Origin: Opitutales bacterium
Lineage (GTDB): Bacteria > Verrucomicrobiota > Verrucomicrobiia > Opitutales > UBA2987
DNA: 64,000 nt
Assembly: GCA_965226885.1 (NCBI GenBank)
Contig: CBDDEL010000017.1
Span: 736,001-800,000 of the forward strand
Direction of reading: 5' to 3'
Positions 32,080-43,767 of the stretch are shown here, piece by piece (position 1 is the stretch's first letter; each line of letters starts with the position of its first letter). The notes under the pieces were generated by a model. The model ran no database searches. It saw nothing but the letters and a program-made list of their open reading frames with translations, and was not told where the DNA came from. The position numbers and the translations under genes are program-made.

Positions 32080-34382
32080 ATCATTTTTGTTGAAGCTATG
32101 GACCAGTTCTGGACGAACTGTCTTGTTATACACTGCACAAAAATGCTCATAAGAAATATCTCCTAATATCGGCTTGAGCTTTTCGAATAGATATTGACAA
32201 TCTTTGACGATTCTGGGATACCGCATGAAAGTCAATGGTAATGCAGTATCAGATATCGCTAAGATAGAGGCTGTCCCAAAAGGGTGATTTTTGCGAGGGG
32301 ATTTTGAAGAGTGTTCATTTTAGAGGTATTTTCTTTTGGGAGGGGGTGACTTTGCTCTCCTATGACGTTAGGATTCTGGTTTTGGGGTCCGTTTGCCTGG
32401 TTTTCTTTGTATGGGCCGACAGTACGCCTGTGAAAAAGTATTGTCCTTGCTTTTCCGCTCTTTATTTAGGCCGCCGCTTTGGTTTTTAGTTCATCTTGCT
32501 GGGCCAGCATCTTGGCCACTTTCCATAGATTGTGCGAGAGGACCGACCAGGCTACGCTGATCGAGCGGTTGGCAAAGCCTTTGGTGCGCAATCGCCCGGC
32601 CTGCCAGCGATTCTTCAATACCCCGATCCGCCCTTCGGTGCTGGCCCGGCGCTTTTGCAATTGCCTGAAGTGTGGTTCCTCCATCCGTTTTTTCAACTGC
32701 TTCGGATCGCGTGGACAGAGCGCATCGTAGATGCCCTCCTGGGCTAACTGCCGGCGGGCCCGCTGGGAGGCGAATCCCCGGTCCGCGCACATGGCCGCTA
32801 TGGGTTCGGCTAGGTTGAAGCGGTTCTGTCTTTGCAAACTCTCTTGCATTTGTTCATTTTCGCTTGGCGTCCGGCTGCCGTAGAGTTTCCAGTCCAGCAG
32901 GTATCCTTCAACGCTTTCACCCAAAAACAGGGTGTTGCCAAACTCAACCTCTTGGCCCGCTTTGCCTCGCACAATCACCTGCGTATCGGGTTCGTAAACA
33001 CTCAAAACTTTCTCTGCGTTTTTCACCTGGCGGCCGCCAATGATTCGCTCGTGCGCTTGCTTGATGACCACCGGGATTAGCTCGCTCATGCGCTCCATCC
33101 GGGTAAGGATCTGTTGGACCTGTTTTTCGCTGTAATCGCTTTGCTCCCAGCAGGCTTGCAATAATTCCCGGTGACTGCGGGCATGCTCCCCGATCCGTTT
33201 GAGCAGCTTTTTCATCTGCCTCAAGATACCCTTGCGTTGCCGCGCGCTGTCCTTTCGCCGCCGGCTGTGGGTCATCTGTATGCACAGCCGATTCATCTGC
33301 CGAGCCAAGGGCTCCGGTTCGATCGGCATGCGATGGCGCAAACCGGCCTTCTCACGGATCAGCCGGATCGCTTTGAGCAGCACCCAGTCCGTCGGCCAAT
33401 GAATGTTGACCTCCAAACAGGTGCCGTCGATCAGGCAAATGGTGGTGTCTATCGGCTTGTCCAATCCCACCACCTGCCGGGCCAGATCGGCATCGCCCAC
33501 AACCTTAGTCAAGGTCCGGTGCAAGGCCCTCAACTGCTCTTCGCTGAAAAACTTCGAGGCCCGTTCCAGGGTGCTCTTGGAGATGCCCCTTATGCCGTCG
33601 ATATGGCGGACACGACAAAAGTCAGCCAACAGATCGCTGCTGCCCAGAGCCCTCGACAAATGCCGAAACGAAATCCCACCGAGCAGATAACGCAGCGTTT
33701 CCATACGCAACGCCTTGAGGGCAAAATTAGCCCGCTTTTGCCGGGCCTTTACACTCATTGGCTGGCCTCTTTCCAAGGCCAGATCAACGCCCTGCGATTC
33801 CACCTCCGAATCGATCAGCAGCCGGTCGATACGCTCGATGGTGGCGCGAAAGTTATCGTAATCGAGGCAACGGTCGACCACAGTTAAAGCTGGACGCAGG
33901 AGGCATTGGATGGCTATATTTTTCATAGAAAGGGCTATATTGATTTTCGCTAACGCAATTATAGAACCCTTTTTTAGCCGGATCGAGCAAAAAAATGCTC
34001 TTTCCGGCTATTTTTATAAACGTCATCCAGTTGACTACAAAATCTTTATATTTTTGGGACAGCCTCTAACATACCGTCTGCTTTCCGCAGCCGAATACAA
34101 ATCTCGGATGGGAATGAAAACATGCTCGATGATTATATCGTCACGGCATAAAACTTCTTCTGCATAATGACAAAACTTTGGGTGCTTTACAATATAGGGA
34201 CAGTCTATATGTCTTATGTCATGTTCTAATCCGGCGCGAGACTTTTTAAATTTCTTAGACTCAAACTCAATGTCTTCAGCACTAAATCCGGTTTCAAGGC
34301 CTAGATGTGTAAAAAGCTCGATCAAGAAAGTAGTTCCACTTCTCCCTGTGCCTGTTATTATTACATGATTTCTTGTGGACAT
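32074..34382 (-). pseudogene. Sulfotransferase-like (P-loop) gene split by IS copy 4, with an internal deletion
   Basis: N-part MSTRNHVIITGTGRSGTT...AAESRRYV (RBS GGAGGA). C-part LAISDTALPLTFMRYPRIVKD...VRPELVHSFNKNDC*. The IS flanks differ. Confidence 0.7.
32267..34066 (-). mobile_element. ISNCY (ISDol1-like) element copy 4 (1800 bp); transposase 32466..33926
   Basis: 24-bp in-frame deletion (DVAGTLLK) between TTGAGCAGC repeats; flanks TAAGATA vs TAACATA. Confidence 0.93.
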
Positions 34383-34395
34383 AGTTTCTCCTCCC

Positions 34396-35416
34396 TCACC
34401 AACCGAAATTCTGTCCCAGCTTCTCATAAAGTTCCTCGTTATATGGCCTGGCCGGTAAAAATTATCCAGATATTCGTAGACTTCACCCCATTGTTTCATA
34501 AATTCAATCAGATTCAAGACTGTGATCCGCATAAACAAAGGGACTAACGTGCAAAAAAGGTATATTGCTGAACTTCACAAAAAGTGAAGATACAAAAATG
34601 GATTGATAGAGCGTTATTATGGTTGTTTATGCCGCATTCAGAAGGTTTTTACTCAATATTTATGAAACAATGGGGTTCACCATCGACTTTCTTCTTGTGG
34701 CGCCCGCGCCAGCGCACACTCAGGTCCTTCACAGTGTAATCCGGATCGATTTCCAGAAATTCGAATACTCTTCTTAAAGTAGCCTGCGGATCGGCGAAAA
34801 ATTTCTCACTGCACAGTATCAGCAATTGATCCCGGTCAAAAAGCCGCCAGTAACGTTCCAGATTTCTCATATACTTCCCCACTTCCAAATAGGTAAATTG
34901 ATAACGCCGGTCTCGGCCCAGAATGCGATCCCTAAGCCTCTGTTTTCGTTTGGAGAAAGCGTAATCCTTGTCAGCCTGCATGGCCTCCAGGATCGGCATG
35001 CTTTCGTAGTGCGCCCATAATTTCATAAAGTAGCGTGATATAACACTCTCTGTTGGGTTGCGCAAAAGACACAGCATTTTTACATTCGGCAACATCTTTT
35101 TAATGCGTTCACACACTAAAGGATTATCGAGGTAGCCCGGAGAGGCTTCTCCGGTTATGCTGTCGTGATTCATAGTTTTAAGCAGAGGAAAGTTTGAACG
35201 ATACCAATCCTCTCCCTTGTTGTAATTACGATTGAAAAAACGTACTTCTTTCCGCATTGCAGGAAGGACTTGGGGGTGTTCACTGATGTAGGCATACATT
35301 GAGGTGGTCCCACACTTTGCAGCTCCGATTATGAGAAAATCTGGAAGCGCCCGTTGTTTCGCGGTCGCAAACCTGTATGGTTTTTGTGCCATCAATTTGA
35401 GCTGCTTTAACTTCAT
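34396..35416 (-). pseudogene. Sulfotransferase of the heparan-sulfate O-sulfotransferase-like type, disrupted near the 3' end
   Basis: LPDFLIIGAAKCGTTS, KEVRFF, GEASPGY, LRNP. The native end ...KKVDGEVYEYLDNFYRPYNEELYEKLGQNFGW* is recovered by removing MITE-B and a 5-bp duplication at 34444-34453. Confidence 0.85.
34486..34675. mobile_element. MITE-B copy 1 (190 bp, IS1380-like ends)
   Basis: TIR CCCCATTGTTTCATAAAT/ATTTATGAAACAATGGGG; 4-bp TSD TTCA; identical copy at 49578. Confidence 0.92.
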
Positions 35417-35433
35417 TCTCGAAAAAATGTTCT

Positions 35434-36629
35434 CTAATAGCCTAGTTTAGAGGCTGTCCCAAAAACCCGAATTTTGCGAATTGAAATATTCGACTCCGAA
35501 CTGTATGGGAACGTAAGTCATTCAATTCCGTCAAAAACGCTGTATAAGGCCTCTTTTCGTTATAAATATAATCGCGTCAGACAGAGGTCTATGGTAGAAT
35601 TGTATTTGAATATGCAAAACAAGAGAAAGGCTGACGGTGTTATAGACATCGAAATTGCCCAAAATCCCCTAAAAACGGTCTTTATAACAGCTTTATAAAC
35701 AAGTTAACTCACTGTAAAACAAATGGTTATAACTTTGGGACAGCCTCTAGTTTAATGAGTGCATCACCGAATAGATCGAAGAATCTGGTTTGGTGTATGG
35801 GTTTGAAATACTTTTTCCATTGACCAGATTTTCCCGATCTTATGTGGGTAGAATGGTTAATTTTTCCAGAAAATAAGCTGTTTTTGTGAGCGATTAATAG
35901 TAAATAGGGAATCGTTTTTCCAGGGAAACCAAGAAAGATAAAGATTTTATGAAATAAGTTTAAATCCGTATCCAATATCAAGTTTTCGTATTTAATTTCA
36001 TAGAATGATGAGTAAGTATAATCCCATAGCAGCATATCTTCGATTGTTTTTCTACCGTAATTTTTCATTTCAAAGAGAATTTGATCATCAATATTGTTAT
36101 AGCTGTTGATTTTTTGTTGGTAGGTGAGCCCTTGAAATTCTTTCCTAGGCAAGTGAAGCCATTTTTCGACTGCTTTTTGATGATAGAAACATCCGGATAT
36201 GATTACGTCCCGTGGGTCACGAATCATGTGGAGGCCTCGAAACGGCGTTCCAATGGAATCGAGATCAAACGCACTGTGGTTTTCAAAATAAATATCATAA
36301 TGTGTGGGCAAGTTTTCTTTTTTGCCATTGTGAACTCTTATGCGATGGTGGAAAATCAAGGAGTGGATAAAGCAGATTTCGTTAAATATGGAGCCAAGCC
36401 AAATAGTGCCTGTTTTGTGGTGTGTGCCAATCAGTATTTTATGAGGGAGCTTAAATTTCGACTTCAAATTACGTGAAAGATTTCTGTAAAGCTCCAGGCG
36501 TTTAAAAGGCAGGAGAATTTTTTTAAATATCCTTATCTGATTTGGGTGGAGACGTTTCCTCAAATATTCTTTCATTCCGGGTTTCAGTAAGGTGTCAGAT
36601 CTGTTTCCAAGTGTTGATGCCGTATTCAC
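35434..36629 (-). CDS. Sulfotransferase domain protein; MITE-A inserted two codons before the stop
   Basis: IGTHHKTGT, IRDPRDVIISG, KYENL, HIRSGKSGQW. The native end LIKLGY* now reads LIKLEAVPKL* (stop 35727). Confidence 0.8.
35450..35747 (+). mobile_element. MITE-A copy 4 (beta)
   Basis: TIRs; TSD TAGTTTA. Confidence 0.95.
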
Positions 36630-36883
36630 TGTAATCTGAAAAATTAATTAATTTATTCAAACCTATCAAAGGGAGCCAACCTATCGGTTGCTTGTTTTTG
36701 GGTTTTGTGGTAGAGTGCGGTTTGATGAAATTTCAGATGGGGATGGAGATTGAATTTTATTAATACGGATGAACGCAAATGTGGTTGAGGGAGGGGGAAA
36801 TTCTGTTTTGGTGGGATATTTTGGCGCATTTATGGTTTTTTTCAATCTTTGTTCAAACGCATCAAACGTAGCCAACCTATCCA

Positions 36884-36912
36884 TTGACATTTTTTTCGTT
36901 TTGCTGTATAAT
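36884..36912 (+). promoter_or_regulatory. Consensus sigma70 promoter upstream of rodA
   Basis: TTGACA-17 nt-TATAAT, a perfect match. Confidence 0.75.
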
Positions 36913-36995
36913 GTGCGCTCATGTTGCAAAAGACTTCAGACAGGAATGGAAATATTTTTTAACCACGGATTGGAATAATTTTAACTTTTGAAATC

Positions 36996-38240
36996 ATGCA
37001 GGAGGCGGCTTTTAGAGGGGGGGGAAATCGGTATCGGGCTCTGATTCACCAGGCGGGGCGGGGGCGGACGGATTGGATACAGCCGGTTTGCATGGGGGTT
37101 TTGTGCGTCATGGGTGTTTTTTTTATTTATTCGGCGCAGGTGTATAGCGGGCAGTCGCTGTGGATTCGGCAGGTGGTGTGGATTGTTTTGGGGGCGGGTG
37201 TCTATATTGGGATTTCTTTGTTGGATTACAAGATTTTACTGGAGAAGGCGCACTTGATTTACTTTGGGTCGGTGGGGCTGTTACTGCTACTGTGGAGTCC
37301 TTTGGGGGATGAGCGGTTTAACGCGCTGCGCTGGCTGGATTTCGGGGTGGCCTCGTTTCAGCCGTCGGAGGCGGCCAAGATCGGGGTGCTGGTGATGGTG
37401 TCGAGTTTGCTGGCGAGGTCGGAGGTGGGGTCGGTGCGGGAGTCGGTTTCGGTGTTGGTGAAAGTGGGAATTGTGGTGGGGGTACCTATTTTGTTGATTT
37501 TTTGGCAACCGGACCTAGGCTCTGCCTTGGTAATTCCACCAATGGTCTTTTCTTTATTATACGTTTCGAAGCTTTCCAAGCGATTTTTCATGGCGGTTTT
37601 CGCGTTGTTTGCGCTGTTGTCGGCGGCGCTGGCCGTGGATATGTACCGGTATTTGAATTTTTTGCAGGTTAACGAGCTTTCGGCTTACGACAACCGGGGG
37701 GAATACGAAAAACATTCGTGGATTCCGCTTAAAGATTATCAACGAAACCGCATACTTACACAATTTGTGCCGGAGGCGATCGATCCAAGGGGGATCGGCG
37801 TCAGTTGGAACCAGCGGCAGTCTTTGCTTTCGGTCGGCTCGGGGGGGTTGCTCGGCAAGGGTTGGAGTGAGGGGACCCAGGCCAAGCTGGGTTATTTGCC
37901 GCAGTCCGTAGCGCACAATGACTTTATTTTCGCCGTGCTGGCCGAGGAGAAGGGTTATTTGGGGAGTATGGCCGTGGTTTTCCTTTTTGCCTTGATTGTT
38001 TTTAATGGCGTGCGCATTGCGGGGGTGGCGCGCGACCGCTTTGGCATGTTGTTGAGCATCGGGGTGAGTGTAATTTTCATTGTTCACATTTATATCAATA
38101 TCGGCATGACTATCAACTTGATGCCGATAACCGGCCTGCCTTTACCATTTCTTAGTTACGGCGGGTCCTTTATTTTAAGTTGTTGTCTTTTGCAGGGTTT
38201 GGTCCAGAGCGTTTATCGCTGTCGGAAGGAATTTTCATGA
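36996..38240 (+). CDS. rodA: SEDS-family peptidoglycan glycosyltransferase (rod shape-determining protein)
   Basis: RWLDFG..SFQPSE, QPDLGSA, YQRNRI, GSGGLLGKG, HNDFIFAVLAEE, PITGLPLPFLSYGGS. Confidence 0.9.
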   Translation: MQEAAFRGGGNRYRALIHQAGRGRTDWIQPVCMGVLCVMGVFFIYSAQVYSGQSLWIRQVVWIVLGAGVYIGISLLDYKILLEKAHLIYFGSVGLLLLLWSPLGDERFNALRWLDFGVASFQPSEAAKIGVLVMVSSLLARSEVGSVRESVSVLVKVGIVVGVPILLIFWQPDLGSALVIPPMVFSLLYVSKLSKRFFMAVFALFALLSAALAVDMYRYLNFLQVNELSAYDNRGEYEKHSWIPLKDYQRNRILTQFVPEAIDPRGIGVSWNQRQSLLSVGSGGLLGKGWSEGTQAKLGYLPQSVAHNDFIFAVLAEEKGYLGSMAVVFLFALIVFNGVRIAGVARDRFGMLLSIGVSVIFIVHIYINIGMTINLMPITGLPLPFLSYGGSFILSCCLLQGLVQSVYRCRKEFS

Positions 38241-38384
38241 ATTCGAGTTCGAATTGTATTCCCCACCCACATCAGCATCCGCGACCGCGATCGATTCTTG
38301 ATGCGGCCACAGGCGCAGGCAGGGGCGAAACATGGCAACTAAAGAAGATAAAGGGCCCGATTAACCCTTATCACAGGATTCATT

Positions 38385-40139
38385 ATGAACCAATCTCATT
38401 CGCCCAAGACGAATAACCCTAATATTTCCAGCAAACTAGAAAAAAAACTAAACGCCCCACCCAAGGAACAACCGCAAGTCGATGTCAACCCGGAGCAATT
38501 GCACCGAGATGCCCGCGAACGGGCCAAGAAGCAGCCCATTGTCCAGCGGATGGTCAAAGCGCTGAAAAAGGATACGGCGCCATTTCGGGAAATCATCATC
38601 AATTCAGAGCCTCTGGAGCAGCGGGTGGCATTGCTGGTGGAGGGCATCCTGGAAAAGTTCGAGATCGAGCGGATCGGCGAAGACCGCATGGTGGGGAGTA
38701 TTTTCAAGGGGAAAATTCAAAACCTGGAGCCTGGGTTGAAAGCGGCTTTTGTCGATATCGGGCAGCCCAAAAATGCCTTCCTGCACTATTGGGACATATT
38801 GCCGGCGGCCAACGATTCGTCCATCGAATTTGTCCGCGACACGCGCTCGGCGGAGCAAAAGAACAAGCGAGACAAAATCAGCCTCAAGGATATCCCCGGC
38901 CTCTATCCGGTGGGCAAAGAGATCGTTATCCAGGTGACCAAGGCCCAGATCGGCACCAAGGGCCCGCGCACCACCACCAACATTGCCTTGCCGGGCCGCT
39001 ATCTGGTGCTCATGCCATTTTCCGGACAGTGCGGAATATCCCGTAAAATTGAAAATTACAAAGAGCGGCAGCGGTTAAAGAGAATTCTACGCAAGCTGAC
39101 CATACCGGAAGGCATGGGAGTCATCATCCGCACCGCAGGGGAGGCCAAAAAAATCCGCTATTTCATCCGCGATTTGCATATTATGCTGCGCGAATGGGAG
39201 GAAATCCAGAGCCGCCTGGAGGAGGCCAAACAACCAGCCCGCCTTTACCAGGAACCCGATATTATCGAGCGTACGGTGTGCGACTTTCTAACCGAGGAGA
39301 TCGACCGGGTGCTCATCGACAACCCGGAAGACTATGAGCATATGTCCGAATTGGTGGCTGGCATTTCACCACGATCCAAGGGCAAGATCAACCACTTCAA
39401 CGAAAGCATCCCGATCTTCGAACGTTTCAATATCGAGCGCCAGATCGAGCAAACCTTCCAGCGCACCGTGCCGCTGCCCTCGGGGGGGGAGATTGTGGTC
39501 GAGGAAACGGAGGCCCTGGTCGCCATCGACGTCAATACCGGGGCCCATAAAAACAAGAACGGTAACGGCGGAAATTTCATCCTTCAGGTAAACCTGGAAG
39601 CGGCCCGGGAAATCGCCCGCCAAATTCACCTGCGCAATATCGGAGGTTTGATCATCATCGATTTCATTGACATGAAACAGCGCCGGGACCGCAATAGCGT
39701 TCTCAAGGTAATGCGCGACAAAATGTCCAAAGACAAAGCCAAGTGCCACATATTGCCCATATCCCAACTCGGCATCATGCAAATGACGCGCCAGCGCCAC
39801 AAAGAGAGTTTTTTCTCCGGCATCTACACCGGCTGCCCCTATTGCACGGCCCGCGGCATCGTTAAATCACCCCGCAGCATGAGCGTCGAGGTGCAGCGCA
39901 GGCTGGTCAGTGTGCTGCGGCGCTTGCGCGGCGGCAGCGATAAGCAAGAAGATCAACCGCTCAACCTGCGGGTGCTGTGCCACCCCAGCATACTGGAAAG
40001 AATGCGCCTGGAAGACGAACCCCACCTGATCGAGCTCGAAGACCTCTACAATGTCCGCCTCGCCTTCCGCGCCGACCCCTCCCACCACGTCGAAAATTTC
40101 ACCATCCTCGACGCCGTAACCGGCCAGGAAATGCGCTAG
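38385..40139 (+). CDS. rng: Ribonuclease E/G family (RNase G-like)
   Basis: [46 protein letters not shown]. Confidence 0.9.
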   Translation: MNQSHSPKTNNPNISSKLEKKLNAPPKEQPQVDVNPEQLHRDARERAKKQPIVQRMVKALKKDTAPFREIIINSEPLEQRVALLVEGILEKFEIERIGEDRMVGSIFKGKIQNLEPGLKAAFVDIGQPKNAFLHYWDILPAANDSSIEFVRDTRSAEQKNKRDKISLKDIPGLYPVGKEIVIQVTKAQIGTKGPRTTTNIALPGRYLVLMPFSGQCGISRKIENYKERQRLKRILRKLTIPEGMGVIIRTAGEAKKIRYFIRDLHIMLREWEEIQSRLEEAKQPARLYQEPDIIERTVCDFLTEEIDRVLIDNPEDYEHMSELVAGISPRSKGKINHFNESIPIFERFNIERQIEQTFQRTVPLPSGGEIVVEETEALVAIDVNTGAHKNKNGNGGNFILQVNLEAAREIARQIHLRNIGGLIIIDFIDMKQRRDRNSVLKVMRDKMSKDKAKCHILPISQLGIMQMTRQRHKESFFSGIYTGCPYCTARGIVKSPRSMSVEVQRRLVSVLRRLRGGSDKQEDQPLNLRVLCHPSILERMRLEDEPHLIELEDLYNVRLAFRADPSHHVENFTILDAVTGQEMR

Positions 40140-40622
40140 GGTTTAGTAAATCCGTGCCTCCGTGAGAAATAATATTTCCCGTCAGGCAACAAATATGTAT
40201 TTCAGGTAGCAACATTGGTTTTGCATAATACAAAAAATTTTTCGTCAATTATGATCTGCTTTCAATTTCAATTGAGCGCCTTTGCAAGAAATCATCAAAT
40301 TTATGATGGCAAGTAATCTCTTTTAAATGTTTCTTATTTTCTAACCTAATTTTAAATATCGTATAAAGATCGGTTCCGGGAAATTTTTTTGCATGGGAAT
40401 TCGCGGCACCAATAACTCCACTAATACTTTGTGAAAGAAATTTACGGTCTTTTATATCAATTCCTATTTCATCATATATATCTATGAGAATGATACTCGA
40501 TTTTCTCTTATCTTGGGATGATTTCTTAGTTTCGCAAATATTCGCTGTATTTATCCAATATATTTTTCCATCATAAACATCAATATCTATGATTTCAGCG
40601 TTGAGATTCAAATAATAATTTA

Positions 40623-40920
40623 GAGGCTGTCCCAAAAACCCGAATTTTGCGAATTGAAATATTCGACTCCGAACTGTATGGGAACGTAAGTCATTCAATT
40701 CCGTCAAAAACGCTGTATAAGGCCTCTTTTCGTTATAAATATAATCGCGTCAGACAGAGGTCTATGGTAGAATTGTATTTGAATATGCAAAACAAGAGAA
40801 AGGCTGACGGTGTTATAGACATCGAAATTGCCCAAAATCCTCTAAAAACGGTCTTTATAACAGCTTTATAAACAAGTTAACTCACTGTAAAACAAATGGT
40901 TATAACTTTGGGACAGCCTC
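40623..40920 (+). mobile_element. MITE-A copy 5 (beta)
   Basis: TIRs; TSD TAATTTA. Confidence 0.95.
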
Positions 40921-41292
40921 TAATTTAAGTCTAACGAACTTCCCTTTAGAGGGGCTTCAAGCATTGTTTCTCGACTCTTCCCCGTATATTCGACAATTCC
41001 AAAATCAGATATTTTAACAAATATATACCCAGAAGATATAAGTTTTAAAATATTAAAACTTGTAGATAACCTTGATATGTTACACAGTTCAGAAAATTTG
41101 TAGACACCTTCAATACCGCCGTCTTTTATTATATTTATTACAATTTCATCAGGCAGTAAAAATTGAGCAGAAAAACGATTTGCTTCAGATTCAAGTTGAT
41201 GATAAGTTAAGTCAGCAAAATAAGAGTCCCACTCACCTGAATATTCGCTCGGTTTACAAGCAAAATTTCCTACATGCCAAGGGATTAAAATA

Positions 41293-42400
41293 GAGGCTGT
41301 CCCAAAGTTATAACCATTTGTTTTACAGTAAGTTAACTTGTTTATAAAGCTGTCATAAAGACCGTTTTTAGGGGATTTTGGGCAATTTCGGTAGTGTATA
41401 AAAAAAGAATGTTATTTTGTATTTTTAGCTTTACAAATAGCGTTAGGCAGTTTATTCTTAGTGCATGGTTACTAAAATTATTAATTGTCGGCACTGTGGA
41501 AGTGAAAATATCATTAAATTTGGCAAGACGCCCAACCATAAACAGCGCTACCGCTGCCATGATTGTGGTAAACAAAGCCGCGAAAACCCCACAGTGAAAT
41601 ACACCGAAGAGCAAAAAGAAATGATCCTTCGAGTCTATCAGGAACGCAGCAGTCTACGCGGTTTACAGCGCGCCTTCGGGGTGAGTCCCAACACCGTTTT
41701 GAGTTGGTTAAAAAAAACGACAATCGCTGCGACCGCTCAAAAGCACGATTCTTGCGGCCCGCCGCCATGATGTCATTGAACTGGACGAACTGTGGTCTTT
41801 TGTGGGACGCAAGAGCGATGCCCAATGGGTTTGGATCGCTCTTTGCCGACGCACCCGTCAAATCCTCTCATATGCCATTGGGCCTCGGGATTGGTATCGT
41901 TGCCGGGAACTTTACGAGCGTCTGCCACGGGCCTACAAAAGATGTGCCACCTACAGCGACTTTTGGTCCACTTATGATGAAGTCTTTCCTCATAACCGAT
42001 CCGTGGGAAAAGAAACCGGTGAAACGGCCCATGTGGAACGATGGAACAATACCCTGCGCCAACGACTGGGTCGTTTCACACGCAAAACCCTCTCCTTTTC
42101 CAAGCTTAAGAGTATGCATGAAACCTGTCTGAGACTTTTCATTCATCAATATAATCAAGAATTAGCCACCATTCCTACTTAATACACTACCGCAATTTCG
42201 ATGTCTATAACACCGTCAGCCTTTCTCTTGTTTTGCATATTCAAATACAATTCTACCATAGACCTCTGTCTGACGCGATTATATTTATAACGAATAGAGG
42301 CCTTATACAGCGTTTTTGACGGAATTGAATGACTTACGTTCCCTTACAGTTCGGAGTCGAATATCTCAATTCGCAAAATTCGGGTTTTTGGGACAGCCTC
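41293..42400 (-). mobile_element. MITE-A copy 6 (inverted), interrupted by IS1
   Basis: TIRs; TSD TAAAATA; the halves join across the IS1. Confidence 0.95.
41390..42191 (+). mobile_element. IS1 copy 3 (802 bp), nested in MITE-A
   Basis: TIRs; 8-bp TSD GCAATTTC. Confidence 0.95.
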
Positions 42401-42648
42401 TAAAATATGCCCTAATTCGTGTCCCAAAGTAAATGTTTTTCGGGTATCCGGTAGTTGATCATCAAGGATTATTAATGGCTTATTTTTATTATTTTGATGT
42501 GCAATTAGAATTGCATCTAAATTGAAAGGAATTTGGTCATATACAACATCAGCAAACTCTCGAATAACCTCCTCAATATTAAAAGGAGGTTTTAAATGTA
42601 GGCGATTAAGCCACGCATTCGCTAAATTTTCTTCAGATTTCATAAATC

Positions 42649-42960
42649 TTAAAGATAGGCTTTACTTCGTAACCATTCTTTAAGATTTTCCGAATCTTGC
42701 TGAGATTGAGATCTAGCGGCGAGTAAATGTATTTCAGGCCAATCAGCATCATTTACATTCTCGCCTGTTTTCTTGTGATAAAGGATTGATCCTAGTGCAT
42801 TGGGATTTTCGACCCATAAAGCATATTCATCAAAAGTCAGTCCAAGATAATCATGAAGTTCAAGATCTGAATCAGATTGATGCCAAATTTCAACGTACTG
42901 TGAAATAGCATCTTCAAATTCTAAACCTTGAAGAACTTTTTCTATGAAATTCGTTTTCAT
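42649..42960 (-). CDS. 103-aa acidic hypothetical protein; candidate antitoxin/immunity protein
   Basis: Intact ORF. Its ATG overlapped the toxin stop (ATGA) before IS1 insertion, and it ends 5 nt upstream of the peptidase start. C-terminal LLAARS motif. Confidence 0.75.
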   Translation of the reverse strand: MKTNFIEKVLQGLEFEDAISQYVEIWHQSDSDLELHDYLGLTFDEYALWVENPNALGSILYHKKTGENVNDADWPEIHLLAARSQSQQDSENLKEWLRSKAYL

Positions 42961-42965
42961 TTTAA

Positions 42966-43767
42966 GGTAGTGTATAAAAAAAGAATGTTATTTTGTATTT
43001 TTAGCTGTACAAATAGCGTTAGGCAGTTTATTCTTAGTGCATGGTTACTAAAATTATTAATTGTCGGCACTGTGGAAGTGAAAATATCATTAAATTTGGC
43101 AAGACGCCCAACCATAAACAGCGCTACCGCTGCCATGATTGTGGTAAACAAAGCCGCGAAAACCCCACAGTGAAATACACCGAAGAGCAAAAAGAAATGA
43201 TCCTTCGAGTCTATCAGGAACGCAGCAGTCTACGCGGTTTACAGCGCGCCTTCGGGGTGAGTCCCAACACCGTTTTGAGTTGGTTAAAAAAAACGACAAT
43301 CGCTGCGATCGCTCAAAAGCACGATTCTTGCGGCCCGCCGTCATGATGTCATTGAACTGGACGAACTGTGGTCTTTTGTGGGGCGCAAGAGCGATGCCCA
43401 ATGGGTTTGGATCGCTCTTTGCCGACGCACCCGTCAAATCCTCTCCTATGCCATTGGGCCTCGGGATTGGTATCGTTGTCGGGAACTTTACGAGCGCCTG
43501 CCACGGGCCTACAAAAGATGTGCCACCTACAGCGACTTTTGGTCCACTTATGATGAAGTCTTTCCTCATAACCGATCCGTGGGAAAAGAAACCGGTGAAA
43601 CGGCCCATGTGGAACGATGGAACAATACCCTGCGCCAACGACTGGGTCGTTTCACACGCAAAACCCTCTCCTTTTCCAAGCTTAAGAGTATGCATGAAAC
43701 CTGTCTGAGACTTTTCATTCATCAATATAATCAAGAATTAGCCACCATTCCTACTTAATACACTACC
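42966..43767 (+). mobile_element. IS1 copy 4 (802 bp)
   Basis: TIRs; 8-bp TSD CATTTTAA. Confidence 0.95.

Larger units (their letters stand above)
40249..42643 (-). pseudogene. ImmA/IrrE-family Zn metallopeptidase (324 aa when reconstructed), split by two MITE-A copies
   Basis: Segments 42643..42401 + 41285..40921 + 40615..40249 give a 975-nt open frame. Motifs RKTFTLGHELGHILIPWH (HExxH) and ESEANRFSAQFLLP. Confidence 0.88.

Noticed and set aside
34383..34538. 167-aa ORF 34035..34538 as a single gene
   Set aside because: It is a chimera of MITE-B, the frameshifted tail of the upstream sulfotransferase, the next gene's N-terminus and the IS end.
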